NCBI GenBank assembly: GCA_963702205.1
Contig: OY969724.1
Coordinates: 3,008,001-3,072,000 of the forward strand
Reading direction: 5' to 3'
Source of the DNA: an uncultured candidate division Zixibacteria bacterium
Lineage (GTDB): Bacteria; Zixibacteria; MSB-5A5; GN15; PGXB01
DNA length: 64,000 nt
Shown here piece after piece: positions 11,487-20,491 of the stretch. A program made the translations under genes and the position numbers. Below the pieces are notes generated by a model, which ran no database searches, was not told the DNA's origin, and saw only the letters and a list, made by a program, of their open reading frames with translations. Position 1 is the first letter of the stretch, and the number at the start of each line of letters is the position of its first letter.

Positions 11487-12005
11487 ATGACTGAACGCAA
11501 TAATATCGTAACTATCATGGGCAACCCGGTAACTCTTCTGGGTGATGAAATAAAACCGGGCATGGACGCACCCGATGTCGAACTTATGGACAACGATCTG
11601 AAGCCTTTCAAGCTTTCCAACTACAAAGGCAAAGTAACCATAGTTTCGGCGGTGACATCGCTTGATACCGGCACTTGCGATACGGAAACCCGTCGCTTCA
11701 ACCAAGAAGCCGCCGCCCTGGGCGATGATGTCGCCATCGTTACTGTCAGTATGGACCTGCCGTTTGCCCAGAAACGCTGGTGCGGCGCGGCCGGCATCGA
11801 TAAGGTGAAAACTCTGTCGGATTACCGCAGCGCCGAGTTTGGGAAAAAATACGGCATTTTGATAAAAGATTTGAATCTTCTGGCTCGCACAGTTTTCGTC
11901 GTCGACAAAGACGGCGACGTCCAGTACGTTCAGCACGTCAAGGAAAATTCGAAAGAACCGGATTATGACGATGTTCTGAAAGCGGTCAAAAAGCTTAAAG
12001 CCTGA
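11487..12005 (+). CDS. tpx: Thiol peroxidase (Tpx peroxiredoxin)
   Basis: 'SLDTGTCDTETRRFN', 'SMDLPFAQKRWCGA', 'LLARTVFVVD'; GAGG RBS before ATG 11487. Confidence 0.95.
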   Translation: MTERNNIVTIMGNPVTLLGDEIKPGMDAPDVELMDNDLKPFKLSNYKGKVTIVSAVTSLDTGTCDTETRRFNQEAAALGDDVAIVTVSMDLPFAQKRWCGAAGIDKVKTLSDYRSAEFGKKYGILIKDLNLLARTVFVVDKDGDVQYVQHVKENSKEPDYDDVLKAVKKLKA

Positions 12006-12027
12006 TGTGTCTCGATCCCTCCCATGG

Positions 12028-12063
12028 CCGGTCATGCCGTATAAGGCATGGCCGGTTTTTTTT
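12028..12063 (+). terminator. Intrinsic terminator after tpx
   Basis: CCGGTCATGCC-GTATAA-GGCATGGCCGG followed by T8. Confidence 0.85.
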
Positions 12064-12172
12064 GTGATAAACCAAAAAAAGTCCCACGGTTATTGCCAAG
12101 ACTGCCCTTTTGAATTATCTTGGCGGATTGATTTGAAATAAAACAAGAAACAGGAATAATTCGGAGGATAAA

Positions 12173-12632
12173 ATGAAGTTTAATTCCGCTAACGAGATTC
12201 TTGATTTTGCAATCGAAAAAGAACAGGATTCGGCTGATTTCTATGCCGACCTGGCCAGCAAAGCGACCCAGAAATACATGACATCGGTTTTCGAGCAGTT
12301 TTCCCGGGAAGAGCTCGGTCACCGGGCCAAGCTGGAAGGAATTAAAAATGGCAGAAAACTGGCCCCGGCCGAGAAGAAAATTATGGATCTCAAGATCGGG
12401 GACTTTCTGGTCCCGGTCGACACCGACGAAACCGGTGACCTGAGTTATCAGCAGGCTTTGGTGGTCGCCATGAAGCGCGAGAAAGAGTCTTTCCGTCTGT
12501 ACAACGACCTGGCCGGAGCGACCGATGATGAAAACGTCAAGAGCCTGTTTTTATCGCTGGCCCAGGAAGAAGCCAAACATAAGCTTCGGTTCGAGGTCGA
12601 GTACCGACGAACAAATTTTAAAGGAAAACTGA
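12173..12632 (+). CDS. Rubrerythrin/ferritin-like di-iron protein (single-base frameshift at about 12604)
   Basis: Two 'A...E..S..FY..LA...F..LA.EE..H' halves. Removing one C at 12604-12605 gives the natural end EYDEQILKEN* (TGA 12630-12632) instead of the called extension to 12724. Confidence 0.85.
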
Positions 12633-12735
12633 TTTTATTGCCCTCCATTTGTCGAATTTTGAAACTTTTACCCGAATGCTTTGTTCTTTTAGAAACAGAC
12701 AAGAATAAGAAGGTTTCTAAATAAGGAGAACGACA

Positions 12736-13230
12736 ATGATAAGCAAAAAAATGCAGGATGCGTTCAATAAGCAGATTAATGAGGAGTTGTTCTCGGCCTA
12801 TCTATATCAGGCTATGGCAGCTCACTTTGAAGGCATCAATTTCAGGGGTATTGCCAATTGGTTTTCCGTCCAGGCTAAAGAAGAAACGGCCCACGCCAAG
12901 AAGTTTTACGAGCATATTCTTGAGCGCGGCGGCAAAGTAACCCTTGAAGCCATCGCCAAACCAAAAAGCAAATGGAATTCGGTACTGGCCGCATTCGAGG
13001 AATCGCTCAAACACGAACAGCATATTACCGACTGCGTCGAAAAACTGGTCAAGCTGGCCGACAAAGAAAGCGACGCCGCCAGCCATACCATGTTATACTG
13101 GTTTATCGACGAGCAGGTCGAGGAAGAAGCTGCGGTTGAAGGAATTATCGGGCAGCTCAAGATGGTGGGCGATAACGCGAACGGTTTGTTCATGATAAAC
13201 AAGATTCTCGGTGAACGCTCCGCCGGTTAG
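12736..13230 (+). CDS. ftnA: Non-heme ferritin
   Basis: 'NKQINEELFSAYLY', 'QAKEETAHAKKF', 'WFIDEQVEEE' ferroxidase motifs; AGGAG RBS. Confidence 0.93.
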   Translation: MISKKMQDAFNKQINEELFSAYLYQAMAAHFEGINFRGIANWFSVQAKEETAHAKKFYEHILERGGKVTLEAIAKPKSKWNSVLAAFEESLKHEQHITDCVEKLVKLADKESDAASHTMLYWFIDEQVEEEAAVEGIIGQLKMVGDNANGLFMINKILGERSAG

Positions 13231-13276
13231 TTCAATCGACAGAACTTACCGATGATCCTGATTTAGGATTTTAATC

Positions 13277-13310
13277 CAACGGCCTTTGGAAACCTATCCA
13301 AAGGCCGTTG
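13277..13310 (+). terminator. Hairpin / probable terminator after ferritin
   Basis: Perfect 14-bp stem CAACGGCCTTTGGA/TCCAAAGGCCGTTG with a 6-nt loop and weak T-tail. Confidence 0.65.
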
Positions 13311-13353
13311 CTTTATATAATAATTCTCCTTATCTTCAGACAAAAGCCACCCT

Positions 13354-13719
13354 ATGGAGTCTATTATGCCTGAAAAAACCGTGGATAAATTTCAAAAAGA
13401 GCGTCAGGAACTGGCGGAGAATATGCTCCGGCATTCCGGAACCAATACCAAAAGACTTTTAAACGTCGACTGGCAGGTATATGAAGCCGGGGCGCTGAGC
13501 GCCAAGGTTAAAGAGCTTCTCGGGCTGGCCACGTCAACCGTGCTGCGCTGCGACGATTGCATCATGTATCACATAATTCGCTGCCACGAAGAAGGCGTCA
13601 CCGAAGCGGAACTCGAAGAAGCTTTGGCTATAGCGTATACAGTCGGTGGCTCGATTACGATTCCCCACATCCGCCGGGCCTGGCGGGCGTGGGACGAACT
13701 GGCCGGAGAAAAAAAATAA
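13354..13719 (+). CDS. Carboxymuconolactone decarboxylase / AhpD-like protein
   Basis: 'GALSAKVKELLGL...LRCDDCIMYH' CxxC-H motif. The start may be ATG 13366. Confidence 0.85.
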   Translation: MESIMPEKTVDKFQKERQELAENMLRHSGTNTKRLLNVDWQVYEAGALSAKVKELLGLATSTVLRCDDCIMYHIIRCHEEGVTEAELEEALAIAYTVGGSITIPHIRRAWRAWDELAGEKK

Positions 13720-14189
13720 TGGCAATGGATACATCGAGGGTTCCGGAACTTTTAACAAAAATCAAGTCTATCGTGAACGGCACCAATGACCCCTCCACCG
13801 CCCTTAAAGAAACCTGTTCCCTGCTGAAGGAATCAGTGCCGCACTATGATTGGGTCGGATTTTATATGGTCGATCCCGATCGTGAAGAGGAGCTGGTCCT
13901 CGGTCCTTATATCGGAGCCGCGACGGAACACACCCGGATCAAATTCGGACAGGGCATCTGTGGACAGGCGGCAGCGTCGGGCGAGACCTTTGTCGTCGAT
14001 GACGTTACGAAGGAATCGAATTATCTTTCGTGCAGCCTGCACGTGAAATCGGAAATAGTCCTGCCAATCTATCGGGATGGACTCCTGCGTGGTGAACTGG
14101 ATATTGATTCACACACCGCGACGGCTTTCGATAAAAGCGACGAGGCTTTCCTTCAGCAGGTTTGCGATATAGTATCGGGAATAATTTAG
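13719..14189 (+). CDS. msrC: GAF-domain free methionine-(R)-sulfoxide reductase (fRMsr/YebR-like)
   Basis: 'YDWVGFY', 'LGPY.G', 'G.GICGQAA', 'KSEIVLPI', 'GELDIDS'; ATG overlaps the upstream TAA. Confidence 0.85.
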   Translation: MAMDTSRVPELLTKIKSIVNGTNDPSTALKETCSLLKESVPHYDWVGFYMVDPDREEELVLGPYIGAATEHTRIKFGQGICGQAAASGETFVVDDVTKESNYLSCSLHVKSEIVLPIYRDGLLRGELDIDSHTATAFDKSDEAFLQQVCDIVSGII

Positions 14190-14205
14190 GAAATCGGAAT
14201 TTCAT

Positions 14206-14739
14206 ATGAGCGATGAAAAACAGACAATCAATCGCGAGGCATTAAAGAGCCTCCATTACGGCATGTATGTCGTCACTTCGCACATGGACGGCAAAATCAA
14301 CGGGCAGGTGGCCAATACGGTTTTTCAGGTTACTTCCAAACCGCCGCAAATCGCTGCGGCCATCAGTAAGGTCAACCTGACTCATCAGTATATTTCAAAG
14401 AGCAAAGTATACACGGTAAATGCTCTGGCTGAGACGGCTCCGATGGATTTCTTCGGTCCTCTCGGCTTTCGGTCCGGCCGGGTGATTGACAAATTCGAGG
14501 GTGCTCCGCACAAAATCGGTCAAAACGGCTGTCCCATTCTGACCGAGCACGTCGTGGCGGCAATGGAAGTGAAAGTTTTGCAGGAGATCGACGTCGGATC
14601 GCATACGCTGTTTATCGGTGAAGTCACGAGCACGGAGATTTTAAGCGAAGGCGTTCCGATGTCCTATAAGTACTACCGGGAAAATATCAAAGGCATGACC
14701 CCGGTCGACTCCCCCACTTATATTCCTCCCGAAGAATAA
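14206..14739 (+). CDS. Flavin reductase family protein
   Basis: 'YGMYVVT', 'NTVFQVTS.PP', 'GFRSGR..DKF', 'VGSHTLFIGEV'. Confidence 0.88.
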   Translation: MSDEKQTINREALKSLHYGMYVVTSHMDGKINGQVANTVFQVTSKPPQIAAAISKVNLTHQYISKSKVYTVNALAETAPMDFFGPLGFRSGRVIDKFEGAPHKIGQNGCPILTEHVVAAMEVKVLQEIDVGSHTLFIGEVTSTEILSEGVPMSYKYYRENIKGMTPVDSPTYIPPEE

Positions 14740-14743
14740 TCGC

Positions 14744-15709
14744 CTATTTGGAGAAGTATTTCTCCATATATGCTTTCAGGGAATCTTTGCTTTCGAAGAC
14801 CGGATTTTCGTCTTTCGGCCGGTCTCTCTTTTGAATGACATTGGCGATACGATCATTCATGAATGACACCCGGGTGCTGTCTTTCGGACCGGCCATTTCT
14901 ATATAATTCTTGTATTCGTCTATGGCGTCGTCGTACCGATGCACCCATTCGTACACCGCCCCGAGGCTGTAATGGGCATCGTAATAATTCGGATCGATCT
15001 CCAGGACTTTCTTATAATCTGCGATTGATTCATCGAAACGATCCATGTCATAATAAACCAGCGCCCGGTTGAAATAAGCGTCCGCAAAATCCGGTTTGGC
15101 TTTTATGGCCTTATCATAACTTTCAAGGGCCAGTTCATTATTATCTTTCTTGCGGTAACACAAGGCCAGATTATAAAGTGACTTGTAATGGTCGGGCTTG
15201 ATATTGACACAATCCACGAAATCGTTTATGGCCTGGTCTATTTTATTGCCCTTATAATAAAGCAATCCTCTGTTGCAATATGCCTGGTAATATTTGCCGT
15301 TTACTTTTAGCGCATTGCTATAGTCCTTGATTGCCGACGTCGTATCCCCCATATAATCGTATGCCAGACCGCGGCTGTAATATGCATCCGCGAAATCCGG
15401 CTTGATTTTTATGGCCCGGCTGAAGTCTTTGATAGCCGTTTTAAACTCACTTTTGCCGGCGTAGGCGATCCCTCTCTGGACATAGGTCCAAACGTTGCCG
15501 CTGTCGGTCTTGATACCAAGAGTATACTGGGCGATAGCCTTGTCGTAATCGCCCTGGACCAAATAATTATTCCCCGCCGTTATGAATTGATCAGCCACGG
15601 AAGCCTGAGCGGCACAATTTTGCGGGGTTAATATTGCAAAGACCAAAAGGGCCATAGATGCCAATAAAACTATGGGCGGCAAATCGTCATACGGGTGTTT
15701 TTTTTTCAT
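14744..15709 (-). CDS. Exported tetratricopeptide-repeat protein
   Basis: N-terminal hydrophobic segment, then about 7 TPRs (AYYSRGLAY..., AYCNRGLLY..., AYFNRALVY...). Confidence 0.88.
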   Translation of the reverse strand: MKKKHPYDDLPPIVLLASMALLVFAILTPQNCAAQASVADQFITAGNNYLVQGDYDKAIAQYTLGIKTDSGNVWTYVQRGIAYAGKSEFKTAIKDFSRAIKIKPDFADAYYSRGLAYDYMGDTTSAIKDYSNALKVNGKYYQAYCNRGLLYYKGNKIDQAINDFVDCVNIKPDHYKSLYNLALCYRKKDNNELALESYDKAIKAKPDFADAYFNRALVYYDMDRFDESIADYKKVLEIDPNYYDAHYSLGAVYEWVHRYDDAIDEYKNYIEMAGPKDSTRVSFMNDRIANVIQKRDRPKDENPVFESKDSLKAYMEKYFSK

Positions 15710-15796
15710 AGTCAGGACTCCATGATATAATAAAAGTCATCTATTGTTAATATGATTAATCGGCTTTATTGTTCCCTATTTAATCTCGCCGATACT

Positions 15797-16603
15797 TCAG
15801 GAGAAGTATTTTTTTGCAGCCTGCGCCGCCTTTTGAACGAATTCTGCAAAGGGCATTTCGAGCTTTTCTCCCGTTCCGACCTCGAACAGAAGATCCGTCA
15901 GGGTCGGATTTTTATCAAGGTATGATCTTAATATTTGCCAGTCGATATTGCCTTCACCGGGTATGAAATGATCGTCATCGGTTCCCCTGTTGTCGGACAA
16001 GTGGGTCTGCGTGATCCGCGGCCAGTATTTTTCCAAAATATGAAAGGGCGGCCCGCTCATATTTTCGTGCGAACTGTCAAAGCAAAATCCTATTTCCTCG
16101 GTGCCAAACCTGTCGAGAAGCCGGGCGCATATCCATGAGCCTCTGTTGTCCGGAAGGTTTTCTATATCGATCCTCAGGCTTGAAGGCTTCTTCGCAACAA
16201 CTCTTTCTATTGACGCTATTGACCTTTTCAGGCAGGCCACTTTGTCATCGCTGAAATAATAATGCGGGTGAAGAATCGCCGCCGGGATTCCATAATCGGC
16301 CGTCAGCTCAAGAAACTCAACAACTTTCTCTACTGCTCCCTGCGCCGCCTCGTCACGTATTGCCGCCAGATCGTATTCTTCCCAAAACGGCACGTGCGCG
16401 GATTTTATTTCGAGCGAATGCTGTCCCGCCAATTTAATACATTCCCGGCAGGCAGTTCGGTCATAAAAATGGCTGTGCATGGGGCTGGCACCAATTGATA
16501 TGAACTCAAAACCGCAGGCCGCGATGGTCTCCAATTGAGATTCCAGCGGCACCGTATAATCGACCGTAGTCGAAATCCCAAAGCGGTATTTTTTGTCAGA
16601 CAT
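15797..16603 (-). CDS. Sugar-phosphate isomerase/epimerase (xylose-isomerase-like TIM barrel)
   Basis: 'SAHVPF', 'ILHP', 'IENL', 'GFCFDSSH', 'THLSDNRG.DDDHFIPGEG.IDW'; start placed at MSDKK (16603). Confidence 0.8.
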   Translation of the reverse strand: MSDKKYRFGISTTVDYTVPLESQLETIAACGFEFISIGASPMHSHFYDRTACRECIKLAGQHSLEIKSAHVPFWEEYDLAAIRDEAAQGAVEKVVEFLELTADYGIPAAILHPHYYFSDDKVACLKRSIASIERVVAKKPSSLRIDIENLPDNRGSWICARLLDRFGTEEIGFCFDSSHENMSGPPFHILEKYWPRITQTHLSDNRGTDDDHFIPGEGNIDWQILRSYLDKNPTLTDLLFEVGTGEKLEMPFAEFVQKAAQAAKKYFS

Positions 16604-16641
16604 AGTTATGATAGTAAGGAAAAACCGGGGAAATATGTAAC

Positions 16642-16675
16642 AAAAAAACGGCCGACTGAAAGTCGACCGCTTTTT
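16642..16675 (-). terminator. Intrinsic terminator (possibly bidirectional)
   Basis: Minus strand GCGGTCGACT-TTC-AGTCGGCCGT + T-run; a T5 also follows on the plus strand. Confidence 0.75.
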
Positions 16676-16822
16676 CATGATGCCGTTCTGTCTCCCCCTG
16701 ATGGATCATAACGGCGCCAAACGGACAGGTAACTCATAATGGAGGTTGGGTTACCTATATACCCCCTTAAGGATACAATCAAAAAGCCCCTGGTTGATTT
16801 TCAAAGAACGTCAAAATCTACG
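16642..16822 (-). ncRNA. Candidate sigma54-dependent small RNA (about 180 nt), family unknown
   Basis: Bounded by a sigma54-like promoter and an intrinsic terminator. Contains a boxA-like GTTCTTTGAAAA and two hairpins (AGGTAAC/GTTACCT; GCCGTT/AACGGC). No convincing ORF. Confidence 0.5.
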
Positions 16823-16832
16823 AGGGTATAGT

Positions 16833-16849
16833 ATCAAGAGTTGTGCCAA
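16833..16849 (-). promoter_or_regulatory. Sigma54 (-24/-12)-like promoter
   Basis: TTGGCACAACTCTTGAT: GG-N10-GA with exact consensus spacing (C to A at -12). An IHF-like ATACAACAAGTTA lies at 16889-16877. Confidence 0.55.
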
Positions 16850-16946
16850 TATCGCGAAAAGAGCAGGACTATTTTATAACTTGTTGTATCTCAACGTACA
16901 CCAATTTATGCGTAGTCGTACTGACTAAGATTGGATAAACTCATGA

Positions 16947-16993
16947 TGTTTCAATTGAAACGCACTATTGAAACGATGTTTCGGAGTGAAACA
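16947..16993. promoter_or_regulatory. Tandem palindromic sites, candidate enhancer-binding-protein UAS
   Basis: Perfect GTTTCAATTGAAAC (16948-16961) and TGTTTC-N5-GAAACA (16977-16993), about 100-145 bp upstream of the sigma54-like promoter. Confidence 0.55.
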
Positions 16994-17015
16994 CCGCTAT
17001 CGGCATCATAAATTA

Positions 17016-17945
17016 TCAGATTTCCATATAGGTCGGGGTCGAAAGGTACCGTTCGCCCGTGTCGCAGATAATGGTTACGATGGTTTTGCCGCGATTTTCT
17101 TCGCGCGCCGCGACTTTAAGAGAGGTTGCGACGTTCGCACCGGCCGATATACCAATAAGTATACCCTCCATCCTGACCATCTTCCTCGTGGTGTCAATAG
17201 CTTCTTCGTTGGTTACGGTCAGAATCTCATCGACCACGCTCAAATCCAACACGTTCGGTTTAAACCCCGCCCCAATCCCCTGAATAGGGTGCGGGCCTTT
17301 TTCTCCTTTGGTAAGAAACGGAGAAGCTTCGGGCTCGACGGCTATGACTTTGATATTGGGGTTCTTTTCTTTCAGGAATTTGCCGGTTCCCGTAATTGTG
17401 CCGCCGGTGCCCACGGCCGCCACGAAAATATCGACCTTGCCGTCGGTATCGTCCCAGATTTCCGGACCGGTTGTCATATAGTGCGCCTCCGGATTGGCCG
17501 GATTATTGAACTGCTGCGGCATAAATGAACCGGGAGTCTGAGCCACCAGCTCTTCAGCTTTGGTAACGGCGCCAGGCATGCCGTCCGGACCGGGCGTAAG
17601 AATAAGTTCCGCCCCGAAAGCCTTAAGCAGGTTGCGCCGCTCCATCGACATTGTCTCGGGCATGGTCAATATCAATTTGTATCCCCGCTCGGCGGCTATA
17701 AACGCCAGCGCGATTCCGGTGTTGCCCGAGGTCGGCTCGATAATGATCGTACCCTTTTTTATCAGGCCCCTGGCTTCGGCGGCGTCGATCATGAACAGGG
17801 CAATGCGGTCTTTAACCGAAGAACAAGGATTGAAGTTTTCCAATTTGCCCAGAACCGAGGCCGGCAGACCTTTGGCCATGCGATCCAGACGAACAAGCGG
17901 TGTTTTGCCTATCAATTGTGTAATGTCATTTGCTATCCGGGGCAT
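17016..17945 (-). CDS. cysK: Cysteine synthase A (O-acetylserine sulfhydrylase)
   Basis: '[11 protein letters not shown]' PLP lysine, 'EPTSGNTG', 'QQFNNPAN', 'GTGGTITG', '[10 protein letters not shown]', 'DTGERYLST'. Confidence 0.97.
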   Translation of the reverse strand: MPRIANDITQLIGKTPLVRLDRMAKGLPASVLGKLENFNPCSSVKDRIALFMIDAAEARGLIKKGTIIIEPTSGNTGIALAFIAAERGYKLILTMPETMSMERRNLLKAFGAELILTPGPDGMPGAVTKAEELVAQTPGSFMPQQFNNPANPEAHYMTTGPEIWDDTDGKVDIFVAAVGTGGTITGTGKFLKEKNPNIKVIAVEPEASPFLTKGEKGPHPIQGIGAGFKPNVLDLSVVDEILTVTNEEAIDTTRKMVRMEGILIGISAGANVATSLKVAAREENRGKTIVTIICDTGERYLSTPTYMEI

Positions 17946-17970
17946 GATTTACCTCACAAGAATAATTCGG

Positions 17971-18390
17971 TTAGATGAAATACATTTGTTTTCCGGAACG
18001 GAGCTTTTCCAGAAGGTCGGTCATTTTGATTGACGTCAGATAGTCAACCAGCTTGTCTTCAGCACCTTTCCACACGAATGATATCCCGTTTTCCTTTTCC
18101 CTCTTACCTTCATCGAGCGGTTTGGAGAAAAGAGCTTTGCCCTCGAATATGGAAACCACGTCCCAAACCGTCACTATGCGGGGATCCCTGGCCAGGACGT
18201 ATCCCCCATTTTTGCCGCGGGTGGCCTCTACCAGACGAGCCCGGCGCAATTGCGACAGGAGAAGCTCCAGGTACCTGACCGGGACGTCCTGACTGCTTGC
18301 GATTTCTTTGGCCTGCACCGGGCCTTTGCCATAGTTCAACGCCAGTGCAATAATCGCTTTTAATCCGTAATGCGATTTTAATGAAATCAT
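17971..18390 (-). CDS. Rrf2-family regulator, cysteine-free (CymR-like)
   Basis: 'YLELLLSQLRRARLV.ATRG..GGYVLAR'; lacks the IscR Fe-S cysteines; ends 'MYFI'; directly upstream of cysK. Confidence 0.88.
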   Translation of the reverse strand: MISLKSHYGLKAIIALALNYGKGPVQAKEIASSQDVPVRYLELLLSQLRRARLVEATRGKNGGYVLARDPRIVTVWDVVSIFEGKALFSKPLDEGKREKENGISFVWKGAEDKLVDYLTSIKMTDLLEKLRSGKQMYFI

Positions 18391-18399
18391 ATAACTGCC

Positions 18400-18425
18400 A
18401 AAATCCTATCAAAAATTGTAGATTT
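18400..18425 (-). promoter_or_regulatory. Imperfect palindrome, candidate Rrf2/CymR autoregulatory operator
   Basis: AAATCTACAATTTTTGATAGGATTTT, 10 nt upstream of the rrf2 ATG. The ends resemble the B. subtilis CymR box (AAWNC...ATMGGAATTW, from memory). Confidence 0.5.
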
Positions 18426-18474
18426 AAACTATATACGGCTCCAGGGAAATATATTTGACTGAAATAATATTTTT

Positions 18475-20010
18475 TCAGGGAGTTGCCCAACCGGGCAAAC
18501 CGCTCAAATCAATCCCGAAAACGGCCCGGCCGATCAAATAGACCGCCGCCGTAACGACAAGAGCGCCAATAAGATTCAGCCAGAGGCCGGTTTTCGCCAT
18601 GGATGCCATGCTGATCCGCTCTGTCCCGAAAATTATAGCATTGGGCGGCGTCGCCACCGGGAGCATAAAAGCGCACGAGGCCGACAGCGTGGCCGGGATC
18701 ATCAAAATCAACGGGTTAACTTCCACCGCCAGCGCCATCGACGCCAGAATGGGCAGGATCATTTGAGTCGTGGCCGTATTGGATGTCAGTTCCGTCAGAA
18801 ACGTTATCATCAAACATACCAGTAATACGATAACGACCACGGGCAGGCCATGAAGACCCGTCAGCTGCCCGCCCAGCCAGTCCGACAGCTTTGATACTTT
18901 GAACGCCTCGGCCAGTGCAAACCCGCCGCCGAACAGCAGCACGATTCCCCAGGGCAACCCCCGGGCCGTGCGCCAGTTCATGATGCGTGTGCGGTCATTT
19001 TTGGCGGGAATTATGAACAATATGATCGATATAAAAATGGCCACGGTGCCGTCGTCGATATACGCCGGAACCAATAACAAATTCGACCAGCCGGGAACCG
19101 TGAGCGATCCGATGACAATGCTCTTCCGAAACAGCCACAGCAGAGCCAAAAGTACGAAGGCCGTCAGGACGGCCTTTTCTTCGTACGACATTTTACCCAG
19201 GCGTTTGTACTCATCTTTAAAGGTCGCACTTTGGGTCGGAACCGAGGATGCCTTGCGCATGTACATCATGTACAACATCAGCCACGCCACGAACAGGAAA
19301 AACACCGCGAACGGCGTCCCGAACACGAACCATTGGGCGAAAGTAATATCCGGCGCGTTCGGAAAAGCAATACTGAAAATGTGTCGGAAGGCTATGTTCG
19401 GCGGCGTGCCGATCAGGGTCGCCGTCCCGCCTATCGACGCCGCGTAGGCAATTCCGATTAACAGACCGGCGGCGTACTTCTTTATGCCCTCAGCCCCGCA
19501 CTGGTCTTCCAGTTTCGATATAACGGCCAGCGCGATCGGAACCATCATCATGGTCGTCGCCGTGTTGGATATCCACATCGACAGAAACGCCGTGGCCGTC
19601 ATAAAGCCGAGCAGGACGCGTGACGGTCCGGCGCCGATGAGCATGATAATTCTTAAAGCGATGCGCCGGTGCAAATCCCAGCGCTGCATGGCCAGGGCCA
19701 CGATAAAGCCGCCAACAAAGAGGAAGATGACGCTGTTGAAATAATTCGACGCAACGTCCTTGCCCGACATCACCCCCAGAAACGGGAAAAAAACCACCGG
19801 TATCAGGGCCGTGACCGCGATCGGGATGGCCTCGGTAATCCACCAGACGGCCATTAGCAACGCCACCGCAGCAGTGCGCGTAACCGCCGGATTCGACGGA
19901 TCGAGATTGGTAAAGAATAATATTATCAGAAACAGCGTGAACCCCAGTATCAATCCGAAAAACTTCAGGGGAAAACGTTTTTGGTTGATCGCTGAATTAT
20001 CCAAACTCAT
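18475..20010 (-). CDS. SLC13/DASS sodium:dicarboxylate or sulfate symporter
   Basis: 'WWITEAIP', 'LSMWISNTATT', 'IGTPPN', 'TELTSNTATT', 'AFMLPVATPPNAI'. Confidence 0.93.
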   Translation of the reverse strand: MSLDNSAINQKRFPLKFFGLILGFTLFLIILFFTNLDPSNPAVTRTAAVALLMAVWWITEAIPIAVTALIPVVFFPFLGVMSGKDVASNYFNSVIFLFVGGFIVALAMQRWDLHRRIALRIIMLIGAGPSRVLLGFMTATAFLSMWISNTATTMMMVPIALAVISKLEDQCGAEGIKKYAAGLLIGIAYAASIGGTATLIGTPPNIAFRHIFSIAFPNAPDITFAQWFVFGTPFAVFFLFVAWLMLYMMYMRKASSVPTQSATFKDEYKRLGKMSYEEKAVLTAFVLLALLWLFRKSIVIGSLTVPGWSNLLLVPAYIDDGTVAIFISIILFIIPAKNDRTRIMNWRTARGLPWGIVLLFGGGFALAEAFKVSKLSDWLGGQLTGLHGLPVVVIVLLVCLMITFLTELTSNTATTQMILPILASMALAVEVNPLILMIPATLSASCAFMLPVATPPNAIIFGTERISMASMAKTGLWLNLIGALVVTAAVYLIGRAVFGIDLSGLPGWATP

Positions 20011-20048
20011 GATGTCCCAAGTAAGACGCGCGTTACTTCATCGTTGAA

Positions 20049-20345
20049 TTAAATCTGATCGGCCAGTTCCACCAGGCGCTTGTACGGTATCGCCAGCCAG
20101 CTCTCGGCCTGCATGGCCCCGTGAGCCAGGCTGATCAAAGATACTTTGGCCGCGACTTCTTCGTCAGGCGCTTCATAGATATCCACGAAATCGTACGCCC
20201 CCAGCAGCGCGTAGTGCGCCAGGAACCGTACTTCGGGACATTTTTCCCGCACCTGATCCAGCCACGTTCGTCCCAGTTCGGCCCGGTCTTTGACTTTGGT
20301 CGATATTTCCGGTGAAAGCTTGGTCATAAGCATAAAGGTTTTCAT
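20049..20345 (-). CDS. GYD-domain protein
   Basis: 'YALLGAYDFVDIYEAPDEE.AAKVSL'; AAGGAGG RBS before ATG 20345. Confidence 0.85.
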   Translation of the reverse strand: MKTFMLMTKLSPEISTKVKDRAELGRTWLDQVREKCPEVRFLAHYALLGAYDFVDIYEAPDEEVAAKVSLISLAHGAMQAESWLAIPYKRLVELADQI

Positions 20346-20359
20346 ATTTCCTCCTTTCG

Positions 20360-20491
20360 TCATTGGGTATAAGCCGTCGGATCCATCACTCTTCCGCCAA
20401 AAAAAATCGCCACGGCGGGTATTTCTGAATATTGTACTGGTACATTCATGCCAAAAAGCGGAGCGTCGAACAATGGAACAACACGTTTCAC
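20360..20491 (-). CDS. Possible 43-aa upstream peptide (MKRVVPLFDAPLFGMNVPVQYSEIPAVAIFFGGRVMDPTAYTQ)
   Basis: AGGAGG RBS 7 nt before the GTG at 20491; stop just before the GYD RBS; below the ORF-track length cutoff. Confidence 0.3.
   Translation of the reverse strand: MKRVVPLFDAPLFGMNVPVQYSEIPAVAIFFGGRVMDPTAYTQ

Noticed and set aside
12131..12710. Similar GAAA..ACAAGAA stretches upstream of the rubrerythrin-like and ferritin genes as a PerR/Fur box
   Set aside because: Not palindromic, requires a gap, and the AT-rich context makes a chance match likely.
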